Source: Glaucostegus cemiculus
Lineage: Eukaryota
Direction of reading: 5' to 3'
Assembly (NCBI GenBank): GCA_976551045.1
Contig: CDPCPM010000142.1
Span: forward strand, 868,001-932,000
Length of the DNA: 64,000 bases
A program made the position numbers and the translations under genes. The notes beneath the pieces were generated by a model. It ran no database searches. It was not told the DNA's origin and saw only the letters and a list, made by a program, of their open reading frames with translations. Each line of letters opens with the position of its first letter. The first letter of the stretch is position 1. This document shows, piece after piece, positions 50,915 through 64,000 of this stretch.

Positions 50915-52720
50915 GTTGCTGAAAAAGGATGCAGTAGTGATATTGGATTAGATGAAAATAGGTGAAGAGAATGTTGTTAAAATGTCACCGATACTCAAGT
51001 TAGAAGCATACCCTGGTCCAGATGGTATTCATCCTAGGTTTCAGTGCAAAGTAATATTGGAAAATGTGGTGATTCGAGCCACAAACTTATGTGAGGAATA
51101 TGCTACAGTACTGAAGGAAAATAAATGTTACATTCCTGTTCAAGTAAAGAGAAGAGGACATTCCCTGGAAATTATTGAGCTGTTATCCTCTGGTGGAGCT
51201 CAATTAATGACAATAATCCAGACCCAAATGAATTGCCATCTGTAAAAGAATGAAAGTCAATAGGTAATTGGTTTATTATTGCCTCATGTACAGAGACACA
51301 TTGAAAAACTTAGTTTTGCATGTCATCCATACAGAGCATTTCAAAACATAAGTACATTGAGGTAGTACAAGGGAAAAGCAATAACAGAATGCAGCACGTA
51401 GTGTTACAGTTACAGAGAAAGTGCAGTGGAGGGAGATAATGAGATGCAAGGGCCATGACAAGATAGGTTGTGAGGTCAAGAGTTCATCTTTATCATATAA
51501 GAGGTCCACTAAATAGTCTTATAACAGTGGGATACAAGCTGTTCTTGAGCCTGGTGTTTCGTGTTTTCAAGCTTTTGTATCTTCTGCCTGATGGAGGGAG
51601 GGAGAAGAGAAGTTGTCAGGGACGGGAGAGGCCTTTGATTATGTTGGTGCTTTTCTGCAGCAGTGAGAAGTGTAGAGAGAGTCCTTGGAGGGGAAGCTGG
51701 TTTTCGTGATGGACTGAATGGGTCCACAACTCTGCAATCTCTTATAGTCTTGGGCAGAGCAGTCAACCTGAATTTGTTAAAAGAATATCATGTTCAACTA
51801 ACTTGATTGAGTTCCTTGTTAATTAGAGGCGAGGTTTGATAATGGCAGTGTGCTTGGTATGTACAGTATATGGACTTTAAAAATGCACTTGATAAAATAT
51901 CATACAAAAGTAAGAATATGGTCCATGAAATCATAGTATCATTGGCAGCATGGAAGCAAAATTGCCTGAGGAACAGAATTGTGCTGAATGATGAACCTTT
52001 AGACTGGAATGAAGTACTAAGTGGTTTACACTGCTGACCAGTGTTGGCACTGTTGCTTTTTTTAACATATACTGATGACCCAGATTCAGACGTACCAGGT
52101 ATAGTTTAAAAATTTCTGTTCACATAATGATCAGATCTCTGAACAACATTGACTGATGGGTGAAATGGGAACTCACGTGCCTGGGAATTGGGAAATGATG
52201 CATTTTGGCAGGACGAATTGGGAGGCAGTATTAGCTAAATTATGCAATATTAAAGGAGGTATGAATGAGATGCTTTGGGATATATGTGCAAAATATTTGA
52301 AAGTTGTTAGAAAAAGCATATAATTAACAGATGCATAGAACACAAAAGCTAGGAAATTAGTACTAAATCCTTGTCATTGTATTCAGTTATGAGAATTACG
52401 CTTTAGAAAAGAAGTCAGCCTTCTGGAGAAGGTATAGCAGATACTTACTAGAATGGTTCCAATGATGAGACATTTCTATTATGTCGAAGCACAAGAGGAA
52501 CCAGGGTTGTTCTCTCTGGAACAAAAAGCTTGAGAGGAAATTTGATGTAGATATCCAAAGTCAGGAAGAGTTTGGATGGAGTAAGTAAGGAGAAATTATT
52601 TCCAAAGCCAGAGGCCAGAGGTTTGAAGTAATTGGTTAAGGAATTAGTGGTCAAGCACAGCTGTTGTGATCAGGAATACACTGTCTTAAAGAGTAGTGGA
52701 AATAAGTTCCATAAGATCCT
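50915..52720 (+). mobile_element. Old CR1 ORF2 (RT region), heavily decayed, split by a Rex1-like insertion
   Basis: LKLEAYPGPDGIHPR, then after the insertion SQPEFVKRISCSTNLIEF and YMDFKNALDKI (cf. SQHGF..GRSCLTNL.EF and YMDFSKAFDKV). Confidence 0.8.
51261..51760 (-). mobile_element. Rex1/Babar-like LINE 3' fragment with candidate 6-bp TSD agtcaa
   Basis: The minus strand encodes ..LLPSGRRYKSLKTRNTRLKNSLYPTVIRL. agtcaa occurs at 51255-51260 and 51761-51766. Confidence 0.82.
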
Positions 52721-55599
52721 TAATCTATAAGTTTTCTATCAGTTTTACAAGTTAGAAATTCTGGTCAGTGTAGTTCACATGCAAACATACAGTGGTTTCA
52801 AACTTCAATTTTTCCATAGGTACTATCCATTAAAAAAAATATAATTCATAATCCTCATGTCAATTTTGTAAGAAATACAACACTGGTAAATGTAATGACT
52901 AAGTGGCATTGGGTACAGTTATTTCAAATTAATGAATTAGGAACCATTGGCAAATCATTGGAAATAAATTCTGAGTAATGGAGACATTACACAGAACTGT
53001 ATCTGTGATGGGCAACAATCTACGAGAGGAACTCAGTGGGTCAAGCAGCATCATAAGGGGGAAGGGAACTGTCAGCATTTTGGGTCAAAACCTTGCACTT
53101 GTATTGAGCTACTTCAAGTTCCTAGTATTTTCTGGACCCAGAGCTAGCCTTGATGTTCTAATACATGTTTAGGTACAAATAAATTATTAGAGAACTCTCT
53201 TATAGTTGGCCGTTAGATTTATTTTGCATTAGAATGTTCTACTTGAAACCTACAACTTATGTGGAGATTTATTTACAGATGTTTGCAAAGTTCTTTGCCC
53301 ATAACATAAAAATCAAAACAACTGTGACCTAAATGGTAATGGTAGAAAAGTTGACATGCTCCTCAATGACAGATTCACCTGTCATGTGAAATGAATCCTC
53401 GAAGTCCATGGGTGATAAGTAAGGGACCAATGCTGACCTGAGAGCAGACTTTAAATCAGTATGTATGGTAGCAACATGAGTGACATAGAACCAAGGACTC
53501 GAATATGTTTCTCTGAGATCAAGGCTTTGTTGCAAATATTGACCTGAGCATTTGCCATTTTTAAAATGCTGTTTTAAGTATTAAATATTTTACAAGATTT
53601 CAGCAATTATGGATTGTATTGTATATTTTGATATATCTGTACCAAAATATCCATTGGACATATTGCTGCCTTTTATTACCATTTTCTCTGAAGGTTACAC
53701 AGTTCTTAAATGATATACTTAAATTGTACCCATTACTTGATCTACTTGAACCAGTCATTTAAAAATTATTGTACCTATAACAACATTCAGGAATGATGAT
53801 TCAGAGGTCGGGGTGATTTGCTTTGGTAAGCTTTTATTGGAATTCACTGTACCAGCTTTATAGTAGAGATTCACTAGAATGGTATCATGGCTGAGTGATT
53901 TCAGTTACGTGTAGCGAGCGAACAAGCTGGGGTGGTTCTATTTTATCAACCAGTTGAGTCTATGCCAGTGAGCCAGGGAGCAAGACAGAAAATTGACTTC
54001 TGCATTACCCTAAATTTGCATACAAATTCACTATAAATAGGTTGTGGTTTTTTGAGTTAGGGAACAATGTTAAAACAGTCAATTCTAAACATAGAAATCA
54101 AAGACAACAAATAAGACCTGTGAGTACAAATAGGATTGAAGTATCTATTTCAAAAATTGCTTGCTCAGACTTGTGGGTCATGGCTTGGGCAGTAATGTTG
54201 ACGACTTAGGTTTGGATTTTATTAATCCCATTAGACTTTTGGATGCTGCCCAACTTCATTTCTATCAGTTGATGTCACATATCCCCAATCTGCAAAGGGG
54301 GCAGCCCCCTGCCAGAAGGAAAAGGTTGTGATTTTTCCAGCAGTGCATGTACTGCAGCAGTAGAAGGGCACAAGACCATTCTTAGCTGCCTAGAATCTCA
54401 CCATAGAACCCTCAAAATTTAACGCCACAATGGCTATGCCAGGGACCTCCCGAGACTTCACTGATTCTTGCATCTGAGAGAGTCACGACTGATTTGTGGT
54501 TCAATGGCTCTCATTCCAAGTCTTCTTTCTGCCTCTCTGCAACAATCTATGTATTTCTCCTTGGTATTGGGTCATTTGTTCCCATGGATGGTGCAGAAGG
54601 AAATGTCACTTTATCAAACAAACCTCAACCTTTTATTGACACTTAAGTATATGGTAACTGAGATTGGAATGGGTGAGGAAAAGCTCAAAAGCAAGTTTTA
54701 GGAGCAAGAATTTGGGACAAGGAAGATCTGAAAAACTGAGCAGAATTTGATGAGAAATTTAGACTATTTTAAATGCCATCCTAAAGTACATACTTCTTGC
54801 ACAAGGTGGGATGTACATGAGCTTTGCTAAGCAGTTAGACTAATGTATATTTCATTTTATTTTTTAGTTAATTACTGCAACAGGGTGCTAATTTCTGGAA
54901 AATGTTTGCAAAATCTTTTCAAATATGTTACCCTGCTGCTTAATGATAATCATGAGTTGTTCAGCAGTACAGCCCTATAATTTATCCTTTCACTAAATTT
55001 CACAGATTATAAATTTTAGTAAATTAGAAAAAATTGCCCTTCTAGTACAGTTCTTATGAGAAAATTTTAAAAGTAAGCAGAAATACTTTATAAATAACAA
55101 TAATCTCATAAAGTTGTAAACTGTCTCAATAAATCCAACACAGGATTTTCTTACTACTCTGTAACATTGCAGAAGACACCTTGATGCTAATGCTTACTGA
55201 CAATTTGTAGTGTGCCTTACCTTTCTCTGATGTAAATTTTTAATACCCTTGAAAGTTTTTGAAAAATACAAGTCAGTTTTTTAGGGAACCATGTACAGTT
55301 GAAAGTATGTACTCTATAGTGGTCCTTCAGTTCACTCACTCCTGTAATTCAGAGAGGAGTTTAGTAGTTTATGCTTCATTACAGAGATTATATTGTGCAG
55401 AAAAAACCAGCTGTGCCTTGCTCTTTTTTGTGATGCTAACGTGAATAGTAATTACAGTAGGTATAGCTTTCAAGGCGGTATAACTTAAATCAGAGGACTA
55501 GTCACATATAAGTTGGTGCATTGTTATCAAATTGCTCATTAAGATATTTTTTTACCAAGCTTGGTTTCCTAACCAATAGAATTATTCCTTGTTATATTT

Positions 55600-55872
55600 C
55601 AGAAGATACAGAAGGAAGCTGTTTGGCCCATCGTGTCTGTGCTGGTTCTCAGAGAAATCCCATCAGTCCCATTGCCCCAGTTATTTCTCTATAACCTAGT
55701 CTGTCTCATGTAACTGTTAAATCAACTCCCCTTTCATTCTTTTGCTGCATATGTATCCTAAGGGGTAATTTACAGCTGCTAATTAACCTCCCGGCATGTT
55801 CTTGAGGTGTAGGAAGAAACTGGATCACATGAGGCAAACCCGTGTATGGAAAGTGTGCAAGCACCACACAAA
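55600..55872 (-). mobile_element. Old V-SINE, head truncated
   Basis: CR1-like tail (gctgtttggcccatcgtgtctgtgc), aggggtaatttacag..aattaacct, and tgtaggaagaaactggatcac (reverse-complement V-core). Confidence 0.65.
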
Positions 55873-56203
55873 GTGTCAGTATCTAAACTAAATTTAACGT
55901 TATTTACTAGATCCTTTGCAAATGTATTAGATACTTCTTGTATACAATTAACAATGCTTTTCAGTAAGTTCCTTAAGGAAATACATAAGGCACAGCTTAA
56001 ATACTATGGTTGCTTATAAATCTTTTTGGCTCTGCAGCTGGTTTTAGGTCAGAGATTTATAGCCCATCTTGATTGGGTCATCAAATCTGGGCAGACGCCT
56101 GCATTTGGTGAGTGTTCTCATAACAGAAATTTTAACAGTATAAATATGGAATTGTGCATCCCGAGCTAGATTTGCACTGAAAGTAAATGGAACTTCTCTA
56201 AAG

Positions 56204-56323
56204 CATAGAACAATAGAACAATAGAACAATACAGCACAGAACAGGCCCTTCGGCCCATCAAGCTGTGCCCTCCTACAAACATCTCCCAAACTAACTCTTT
56301 CCACCCTCATACCCTACTATTCC
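56204..56323 (-). mobile_element. CR1 3' tail fragment with (atagaaca)n terminal repeats
   Basis: catagaacaatagaacaatagaacaatacagcacagaacaggcccttcggccc, similar to 50163 onward. Confidence 0.85.
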
Positions 56324-58044
56324 TTTTAGTTTAAATCTCATCTGTATAATCTTCAATCATGTCTGATTGTATGGCATTGGAGTCAGAGGGAAGTTGTGTG
56401 ATAAAAGTTTCTCAGTTCTCCTCAGGCCCTAATTCTGTTTGTGACCCTCCATTGAAATTAATTGTTATAACCGTATCACCAGCCCAAGTGGCTCTGGGCT
56501 TTTAAACCAATGCCGAATATTGGCAAGTTAGCGTCAGAGAATGAGCCATCATTTCGTCAGCTCAATGTTGCTCCATACCTGAACACTATATATCCATTGT
56601 ACCTCCATATTCCTTGATAACCACAGCAAACAAAAATGTCAGTTATAGTGAGTTTTCTACTACTAATTATGTGAATAAGCACTTCCTGATTTTCCTCCTC
56701 AATAGCCGTGGTAAATTTTAAGATTATGTTGCCCCATCCTCATCCCCTCCCAGGTCAAGTATATCCTTCATATGCCGTGGTACACAAATCTCTGAACAAA
56801 GCTCTGTGCAGTCTATGATTAACTATATTCAATTTGTTAGCCTTGAGATCAAGGCCTATATCCAATTACCGTATCTTTGATTTGCTTTTTGCCTGTGTTT
56901 TATGCCTGTCCAGTAGTTTCCATTGGCTATCTTCATCGTGTCCTGATCATAACATTCAATTAAATTAATCAGATGTGATTTGCTAAAAGCTATGCTGGGT
57001 CTCTCTGTTGACGTCTTTTGATGTCTCTGTTGACCATTTTTGATGGAATAATCATTTTTTGGCATCTTCACCAAGTACAGAATGACAGATATGATGGTTA
57101 GATTGACATCAGAAAATAATCAAAAAATAATTTTCTGTCCACAAATGCTGCTTGACCCGTTGGTTATTTACAACATGATATAATTACTTAGAGTTTGGAG
57201 TGAAAAGTAACTTCAGTTAACATCTTAAATATCTCTGACATTCCTTTTTGTTTTAAAAACAAATCCAAAAACGCAAATTTCTCCAATTTTTTGGCATATA
57301 AACAATCAAAAACTAGCAAAACACAATTGTCTCTATTTATACTTAATTTTTTTTTGAAGTTTCATTTACTTATACAGAGATGAATGAAAATTGCATTCAA
57401 AATATTTTATGATTGCTGATATTATTGTGTCCATAATATGAAATGAGTGTTATTCACCTTCATTATAAAATATTGAGAGTTACACAGTGTGACAACTTAA
57501 TATTGGAAATACCTATCACAACCCAGAATAAACTGTTGTTCTTCTTATGCTATTGCTCATGTTGTGTTCTGTGGACTCTTGATCTTTCTGTTTTCTTCTT
57601 CTGTTTGGCTGAGCAATTTTTCTCATTCTATTCTTTATGTCTGGTTCATATTGTACTTGATTTTAATTTCGTTCCCCATTTTGATATGTGTTTCTTTGTG
57701 CCTCTGCCAACATTCCTTATCATCACAGTTCCTCAGTGTATCTCGGAAAGATTCATCTTTGGTTTCATATATACAAAATTATTCTCTTATATTTGTATAA
57801 TATTTGTATCTCTCCTCAGTCAAATTTGCTTTCTTTTAATAGCATGCAGGATCAAGACACTTTCCCAGAGCACGCATGTGTCAGTGTCTGTGGACCAGTT
57901 GAGTTCTCTCTCAGCTCTTTCCATCCAATATATTACTTTAGGCTTTTCTCCCTTAATTTAATCCTTCCTGGAAAAATGAATCCTAGTCTTTCCTGATAGC
58001 TATATCTTATTAGTTCTGGTGTCATGCCAATAAATCTTTTGCAT

Positions 58045-58812
58045 TGAAACTCAAAAGCAAAAACTGCAGGTGCTGGAAATCTAAAATAAGAACAGAAAAC
58101 GCTGGAAATACTCAGCAGGTCAGGCTGCATCTGTGGGAAAAGAAACAGTTAATGTTTCAGGTTGAGGGGCTCTGCCAAACTGGGAAAGAGAGGGGAGCTA
58201 GTTCAGCTGCAGGGAGGGTAGAGAAGGGGGTATTTCTCTGACAGGGTAAAATTGGGGTGACCATTGGGATAAGCTGTAAACAAGGTTATCTGGTCAATGA
58301 GTGAATGAGAGAAGTTAGACTGAGAACATGGACAAATGAATGTGGGAGTTGCAAAATACAGAGCAGAAAGGTGTGCCCCGGCAGGTCAGGTTGGGCATGT
58401 CCTCCACCTCCAGAGGGAAAAAATTAAAGCAAGGGAAAAAAAAATGAGCTGAGTCAATATGGCAGATAGAGAACTGATACCAACAGAGAAATCAAGTTAT
58501 CTGAAGTTGTAGAAGCTCCAGAAGGCTGCAGTGAGTCCGGACAGAAGATCAGGTGCTGTTCCTCAAGCTTGTGTTTGGTCTTATTATAACAGTCTGGAAG
58601 GCTACAGAGCGATAGATCAGTTTGGGAGTGGGATGAAGATTAAAGTGGCACACAGTGGAAGCTCAGGATGTCCACTGCAATCACCCAATCTGCTTTTGGT
58701 TTCTCCAGTGTAGAAAAGACAGCATTGTGAACACCGAATATAGTGGGGAGTGGAAGAGTTCAGGTGAATTGTTGCTTCACCTGGAAAGACTGTTTGGGTC
58801 TCTGGATGGTGG
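58045..58812 (-). mobile_element. Penelope-like retroelement 3' part (GIY-YIG endonuclease relic)
   Basis: Minus strand 58660-58810 gives TIQRPKQSFQVKQQFT*.. and, after a frameshift, YIRCSQCCLFYTGETKSRLGD, the PLE Cys-containing GIY-YIG motif. The terminal region is at 58045-58170. Confidence 0.8.
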
Positions 58813-61800
58813 AAGGGTGAAAGGGTGAAAGGTGAAAGAGCAAGCTTTTTATGGTGTTAGAATCCATTTTTATAATTTTAGTGATTTGTATTTGTGCACC
58901 TAGATTCTCTATCATTTTAGACTAATCTTGGGTCTTTTAATAGAAAGTTCACGTTATTTATATTATTAAAGATTGACACATGATGATGTTTATATCGTTA
59001 CACTACCATCTTGAATGTTTCTTCTCAGTGCCATTTGTTTGGAATTCACATTTGGCAACATGCCAGACAGTTGATAATTTAGATCTACGTTTCTTTGCTT
59101 TTTCACTTGTGAAATTTATAGTGAATCTATTGTTCTTCGCTATATTGGAGTAGTAGATAATGGAAATTGGTGAATAATCACTGAATTCTCTGCTCATGTA
59201 TGCATGGTGTAGCAATTCCCAAAGCATGGGAATAAGAAAACTACAATACAGTGAACACACTTTAAATTTAAGCATTTGTAGGCCGTGAGATTGAATTCTA
59301 TCAGACAGGAGATTAATGTAACAGGCTATGCAGTGATGGAATGCCATGCGTGTGGTTTTGTTCCTCAATAATTTCAGCAGATGATTGCAATGAGAGTAAT
59401 TACAGTATGGATAATTGAGATTCCAGTGCATTCAATCTTAGGGTCACACTATTGTTTACCATTTTACTGTCTGTGTCTCTCATTCCTGTTTTTTCCCAAT
59501 ACAGTCCTTATTTTTCCTACTCCAAGTCTGAATAACCTGAATTCACATATACAACTGGCCTAGGTCTCTAACAATATTGTTTGGTTTGACCACCTCAGTC
59601 ACCACAGTGCTTTAAGTTCCTCAGCCAAAATTGTGCAGTACCTCATGACAGGCCTGGAAATTAAAACCAGGTGTGTTGTTCCCATAATTATTTGGTTTTT
59701 TTTACCTGAATCTTCGCTCCATCCATCTCACCAATCTTCTCTGGACATTTTCACGATCAACATTTAGACCATATGTACTGGGGTTGCTGCATGTTCCCAG
59801 CCATCAGAGTCACTCTAGGTCTGAGCTTCCATTGATCAGCAATTTTTTCCCCACCAGTTTGAAACACAGCTGATCTTTTAGACCTGCCTTATCCTCCTCT
59901 AATTTCCTTCTCTCCCAACCCATGGCAACCCAACTCCTCTACTTGGCCTTAATATTAAAGAGCAATGTCAGCACACCCGCTCATCAAGAGCAAACATTAT
60001 TCATGAGTCCTTGCTGTCTACTGTTCTGCTTCCAACTGAGCTTGTGTTTTATAGTGCTTGACCATGCCATGTCCAGAACACCACCTGCCCCCACCCCACC
60101 CACAACCCCCCATGCCCCTCACCAATCCATCACTTTTGTCCAGCTGTTACTGGAAACACATCAAAGCAGTCAAAACCAAATAAGACTTTAGAATTAAATC
60201 ATGGGGTATGGGCATCTTCTGGGTCATATTTTGTTTTTCTTAAGTCATTTTGTGAAGCACCTTGTGTGTGTGTTTTTAGTGCATCGTAGCCCTATATAAA
60301 TTGACAGAGCATGTCATCATGTCAATGTACATTTCCATAACAATGTTCAGTAATAAGGAGTTATGTTATTTTGTTAACCAATGCAAATATTTGAATATAA
60401 TTTTGTAATCTTATATCAGAGAGTGTTGCTGTTTCTGTTGCTGTGTGGTAACAGCTTCAGTGACCTCTATCTTAATGTTGGTTATTGCAAAATCCTTTGT
60501 TGCCTGTTTACTTTTGTATATTTCCATCTTAGCATAGTTAAACACATGTACATTTAATGTCATTTTTTTTCATTTTGCACTTTAAAAGTTATTTTTAGTC
60601 TTTATAATATAATGGATGTCTAAATATTCAGGAATTTTTAAATGATTCATTCAAAACCCAAATATACATTTATTTATTTTAAGTAAGAATTATGATTTAG
60701 GGTTTATTATTCTATCTGGAGTTTTATCACATCAATATATTTCATAAAATCTACATCTGTTGTCATTTGTTTAAAAAGAGATCCATGGCCAGTGAATTAG
60801 ATTCTGGCAAAGTATAGCTAAAGATACAACCAAATATAATCACTTACCAGCAGTCGACGGTTGATGATAAACTGTTTTATCTACATCAAGTATCTTTAGG
60901 ATAAAATCAAATTTCATCAATACATATTGAATATAACATGCAAAGGAAGTCTAATCTTAATTTCAACATCTAAATTGTATCTGGTATGAGGTTGAAGCTG
61001 TTTCAAATCAAAATCATCTGAACTGGGCAAATTAATTTACTTTGATTTCCATTTAGTACTAAAACTGTAATATTCCCATGCTAGATTAAAATGCTCTCTG
61101 ATATAAATGAGCATAAGTCAAGCTAGTGTAAACAGTCTGATTTGCAAGCTTGTGTGAATGTTCTAATTGAAATCCTCTTTCATCTTGTTCCCCTAGATAT
61201 GTTCATGTTAGGTTTGTAATTTTGTTAATCTATAATATAGTCTGTCAAGACAAAGTTGTGAAGAGCAGATAGATCAGATTGAATTTGGATCAAGTTGGAA
61301 TAGAATCTAATCAGTTAATGTTAATGAGTTAGGAATCAATTTGATTCACAGTATAAGTTTCTTCAAGGAAAAGATGTGTTTAAGCTATCTATAGCTATAT
61401 GTAGCTTAAGCTATATTAAGCTAAAGGCTAATAGCTTTATAACATATTTAATTATTGGGTAGTAAATCAGGATATGAGGTTTTGTAATATGCATCTTGCA
61501 ATGGGTTGTAAAAATATGATCAATGTCTTAAGTATATTTAGAGCAAAGATTTGAAATGTATACTCATATTTTCCACTGTGATATATTTTTGGCAAAATCC
61601 TAACATCCTCCAATGTTTTTAGCCAGTTGCATCAGCAAACTTATTATTCCTATTTAAATATTCAGGAATTAAGTAAGCATTAAATGGAACAAAATGATTC
61701 ATTTATTACAAACATAAAGGCCATTGAATTAATGCATAACTTTCCAGCAAGATATCTTTTCCCCACTTGGTAATACTTGTCTGTATCAGGAAAGGCCTGC

Positions 61801-62048
61801 CCTTCTTTACACCTGATTTATGGCAGTCAATAAAATCCATACAACCCTGCTGAATGGAGATACAAATGGCTTTTGGGCAACAATATCTCTCCTTCCTGAA
61901 TAGGTTTAGAAGTTTCCTCCAGTGCAGCTTCTGGGTAATTTCCCTGATTGATTCTGTACGTTGCATTCACAACGGATGGGGAGAGCCCCTGAAACACAAA
62001 CAGCAATAAGATCATCTGATGAAAGGTCTAATTAAAGTATAGGATATG

Positions 62049-62180
62049 AATAATAATAATATTTATTTATTAGTCACATGTACATCAAAAGACACAGCGA
62101 AATGCATCTTTTTGAGTTAACAGCCAATACAATCTGAGAATGTGCTGAGGGCAGTCCACAAGTGTCGCCACACTTCCAGT
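62049..62180 (-). mobile_element. SINE tail fragment related to 47968-48256
   Basis: tattagtcacatgtacatcaaaagacacagcgaaatgcatc..gggcagtccacaagtgtcgccacacttcc. Confidence 0.75.
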
Positions 62181-63648
62181 AGAAAGTCAAAGGAAACAAG
62201 TCAGAGTTTGACTTCTTTTGCTAGCAGTTGATTGACTTTTCTTCAAAAGGTTGGACAATTACCCCTACTACACGTTAACACCCCTTGATACCTCTATCCA
62301 TCCTACATGTCAGAAGAGAGAACATCTGTCCAACTTCCCTAGAATGACATGGATCTGGCTTTGCAGTTATAATAGTGACTATCGACCTAAGATAACAAAG
62401 TAGCATTCAAATGCTGGAACATTTTTATGGCTGGTGGAAAAAGTAACCCATCATATTATCACCATTGTGCTGGCAAGTAGTACTGTTCTTGCTATCTTCT
62501 TGCCTATTTTATCATATTTAACACACTCCTCCAGTGCCTTCAGTGTGGGAGGCAAAGGTTTACTGTTTCCTTGTTATGGTGTTAGTGACTGCTGGCTTGG
62601 ACCTGAAAGAGCCCAAATGCAGACTCATCTAGTGCTGAAGCAATGTATGACAGATGCCTTTTAGGCACCACAGCCCCACTGATGGGTGAGGAAATGGAAA
62701 TTCTACCAAAACAGAGGTGAACATCAGTTCCTCACACTGTGCGACTGCCAATTCCGTGGATATGCACTTTTTCACTTTCACGTACAAGGTACTTTCAATG
62801 TATGAAAGCATTTCATGGCAGTTCACAGATCCATAATCAGATAAATTGTTTCTGAATCAAGCCTGTGCATATAGAAGCAGTACCTGTCTCAGTTGGTCCA
62901 CAAGATGATGGAATGATGGAGAGGTTTAGGGATTGGACTTTAACATTTGAAGGCATGTGTTGTGGGATCGAGTCCCTGGAGTTCAAATGTGTATTCAAGC
63001 ACATGGTGTACCAAAGTCCCTCAAACTGATGAGACATTATGGCAATTTTTATCTGTCTCTGAGTGGGAATAGCACTCAACAATTGACAGAGATGTGCTCA
63101 TCAAATGTTAAAGCCCTAGATGTGGAATTCCATCCCTAGCCCTCTGCATCATTCCATTGTCATGATTAAGTAATAATAATTAATGTTATTGATTAGCAAA
63201 GTCTGGTCAGGGATTACAAACCAGGAAGTATAAATTAGACTTAGGTCATATTCAGGGAGTGAAGTAGAGGAAGGGAAAAGCTGAAAAAAGGGATAAAAGG
63301 TAAAGGCAGGAAAAGTAAAGGAAAACTTTTTCTAAACTCCAACATTAATTACCTTAAGAAAGTAAGAATGTGCACATTTGTAAAATTAATTTTTTAGGGC
63401 CAGAGAAATTGTTAGGCAGTAATCAATGATCAAATAGTTAAAAGTCATTTAGACACATGGCCTTGACTTATTTGTTACATATTTATAAGACAACAAGTGA
63501 CTAAGTATTTCTTGTTCACACCATTGCACATCTTTCAGTATCAGGTTTATTGGAAAAAACTGCTAGAGTGCAGCCAGTGACACAGTAGAGCATTTCTGAC
63601 TGCAACTTGCTGACTTCCTTGTTTAGATGAGCATATGCAAAAGATGCA

Positions 63649-64000
63649 GAGACCATATGGGTGGAGCTGAGGAACAGGAAGGGTGCGGCCACACTAATGG
63701 GGCTGTATTATAGACCGCCCTATAGTCAGAGAGAATTGGAGGAACAAATCTGTAGGGAGATAGCAGACTGATGTAAAAAACAGAAAGTTGTAATAGTAGG
63801 GAATATTAACTTTCCACATATCGACTGGAACTCCCACACTGCAAAAGGATTGGATGACTTGGAATTTGTCAAGTGTATTCAGGAAAGTCTTCTAAATCAA
63901 CATATAGAGGTACCAACGAGAGAGAATGCAATACTTGATCTCCTATTAGGGAACCAGGCAGGTCAGGTGACAGAAGTATGTGTAGGTGAGCATTTTGGAT
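63649..64000 (+). mobile_element. CR1 ORF2 AP-endonuclease region, runs off window end
   Basis: ETIWVELRNRKGAATLMGLYYRPP..QICREIAD*CKKQKVVIVGNINFPHIDW..PTRENAILDLLL, with one in-frame stop. Confidence 0.92.

Larger units (their letters stand above)
16224..64000 (+). other. FOXP2: FOXP2 intron following exon 2 (continues beyond window)
   Basis: Canonical donor at 16224. No exon-3 sequence (ALQAARQLLLQQQ..) was seen downstream, and this intron is known to be very long in vertebrates. Confidence 0.75.

Noticed and set aside
57443-57961. 172-aa hydrophobic ORF as a membrane protein
   Set aside because: T-rich low-complexity sequence yields F/L/C/I codons. No recognisable family motif.

Overview
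Eukaryotic, AT-rich, almost entirely intronic DNA from a cartilaginous fish, probably a ray or sawfish. This is inferred from HE1-type tRNA/V-SINEs and CR1, Rex1-like, L2 and Penelope relics. The only host-gene coding sequence I can recognise is the 3' end of the first coding exon (exon 2 in human numbering) of FOXP2 on the + strand: 16192-16223 encodes (T)VELLHLQQQQ and is followed by a GTAAGT donor. The rest of that exon appears to be hidden in a 172-nt N-run. The window is therefore FOXP2 5' intronic sequence plus about 48 kb of the long intron after exon 2; I did not find exon 3. Six short N-runs of non-round length (146-251 nt) occur. At least one removes real conserved sequence, so several may be masked ultraconserved elements rather than gaps. 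The remainder is decayed and nested transposons (CR1, Rex1-like, L2, Penelope, Gypsy, Harbinger Myb relic, SINEs) and a few tandem repeats. I see no prokaryote-type system. The best leads are a candidate 25-nt stop-containing micro-exon next to a masked block, a second acceptor site running into another masked block, and a satellite apparently born between 37-bp direct repeats. All family calls are from motif recognition and memory; no searches were run.
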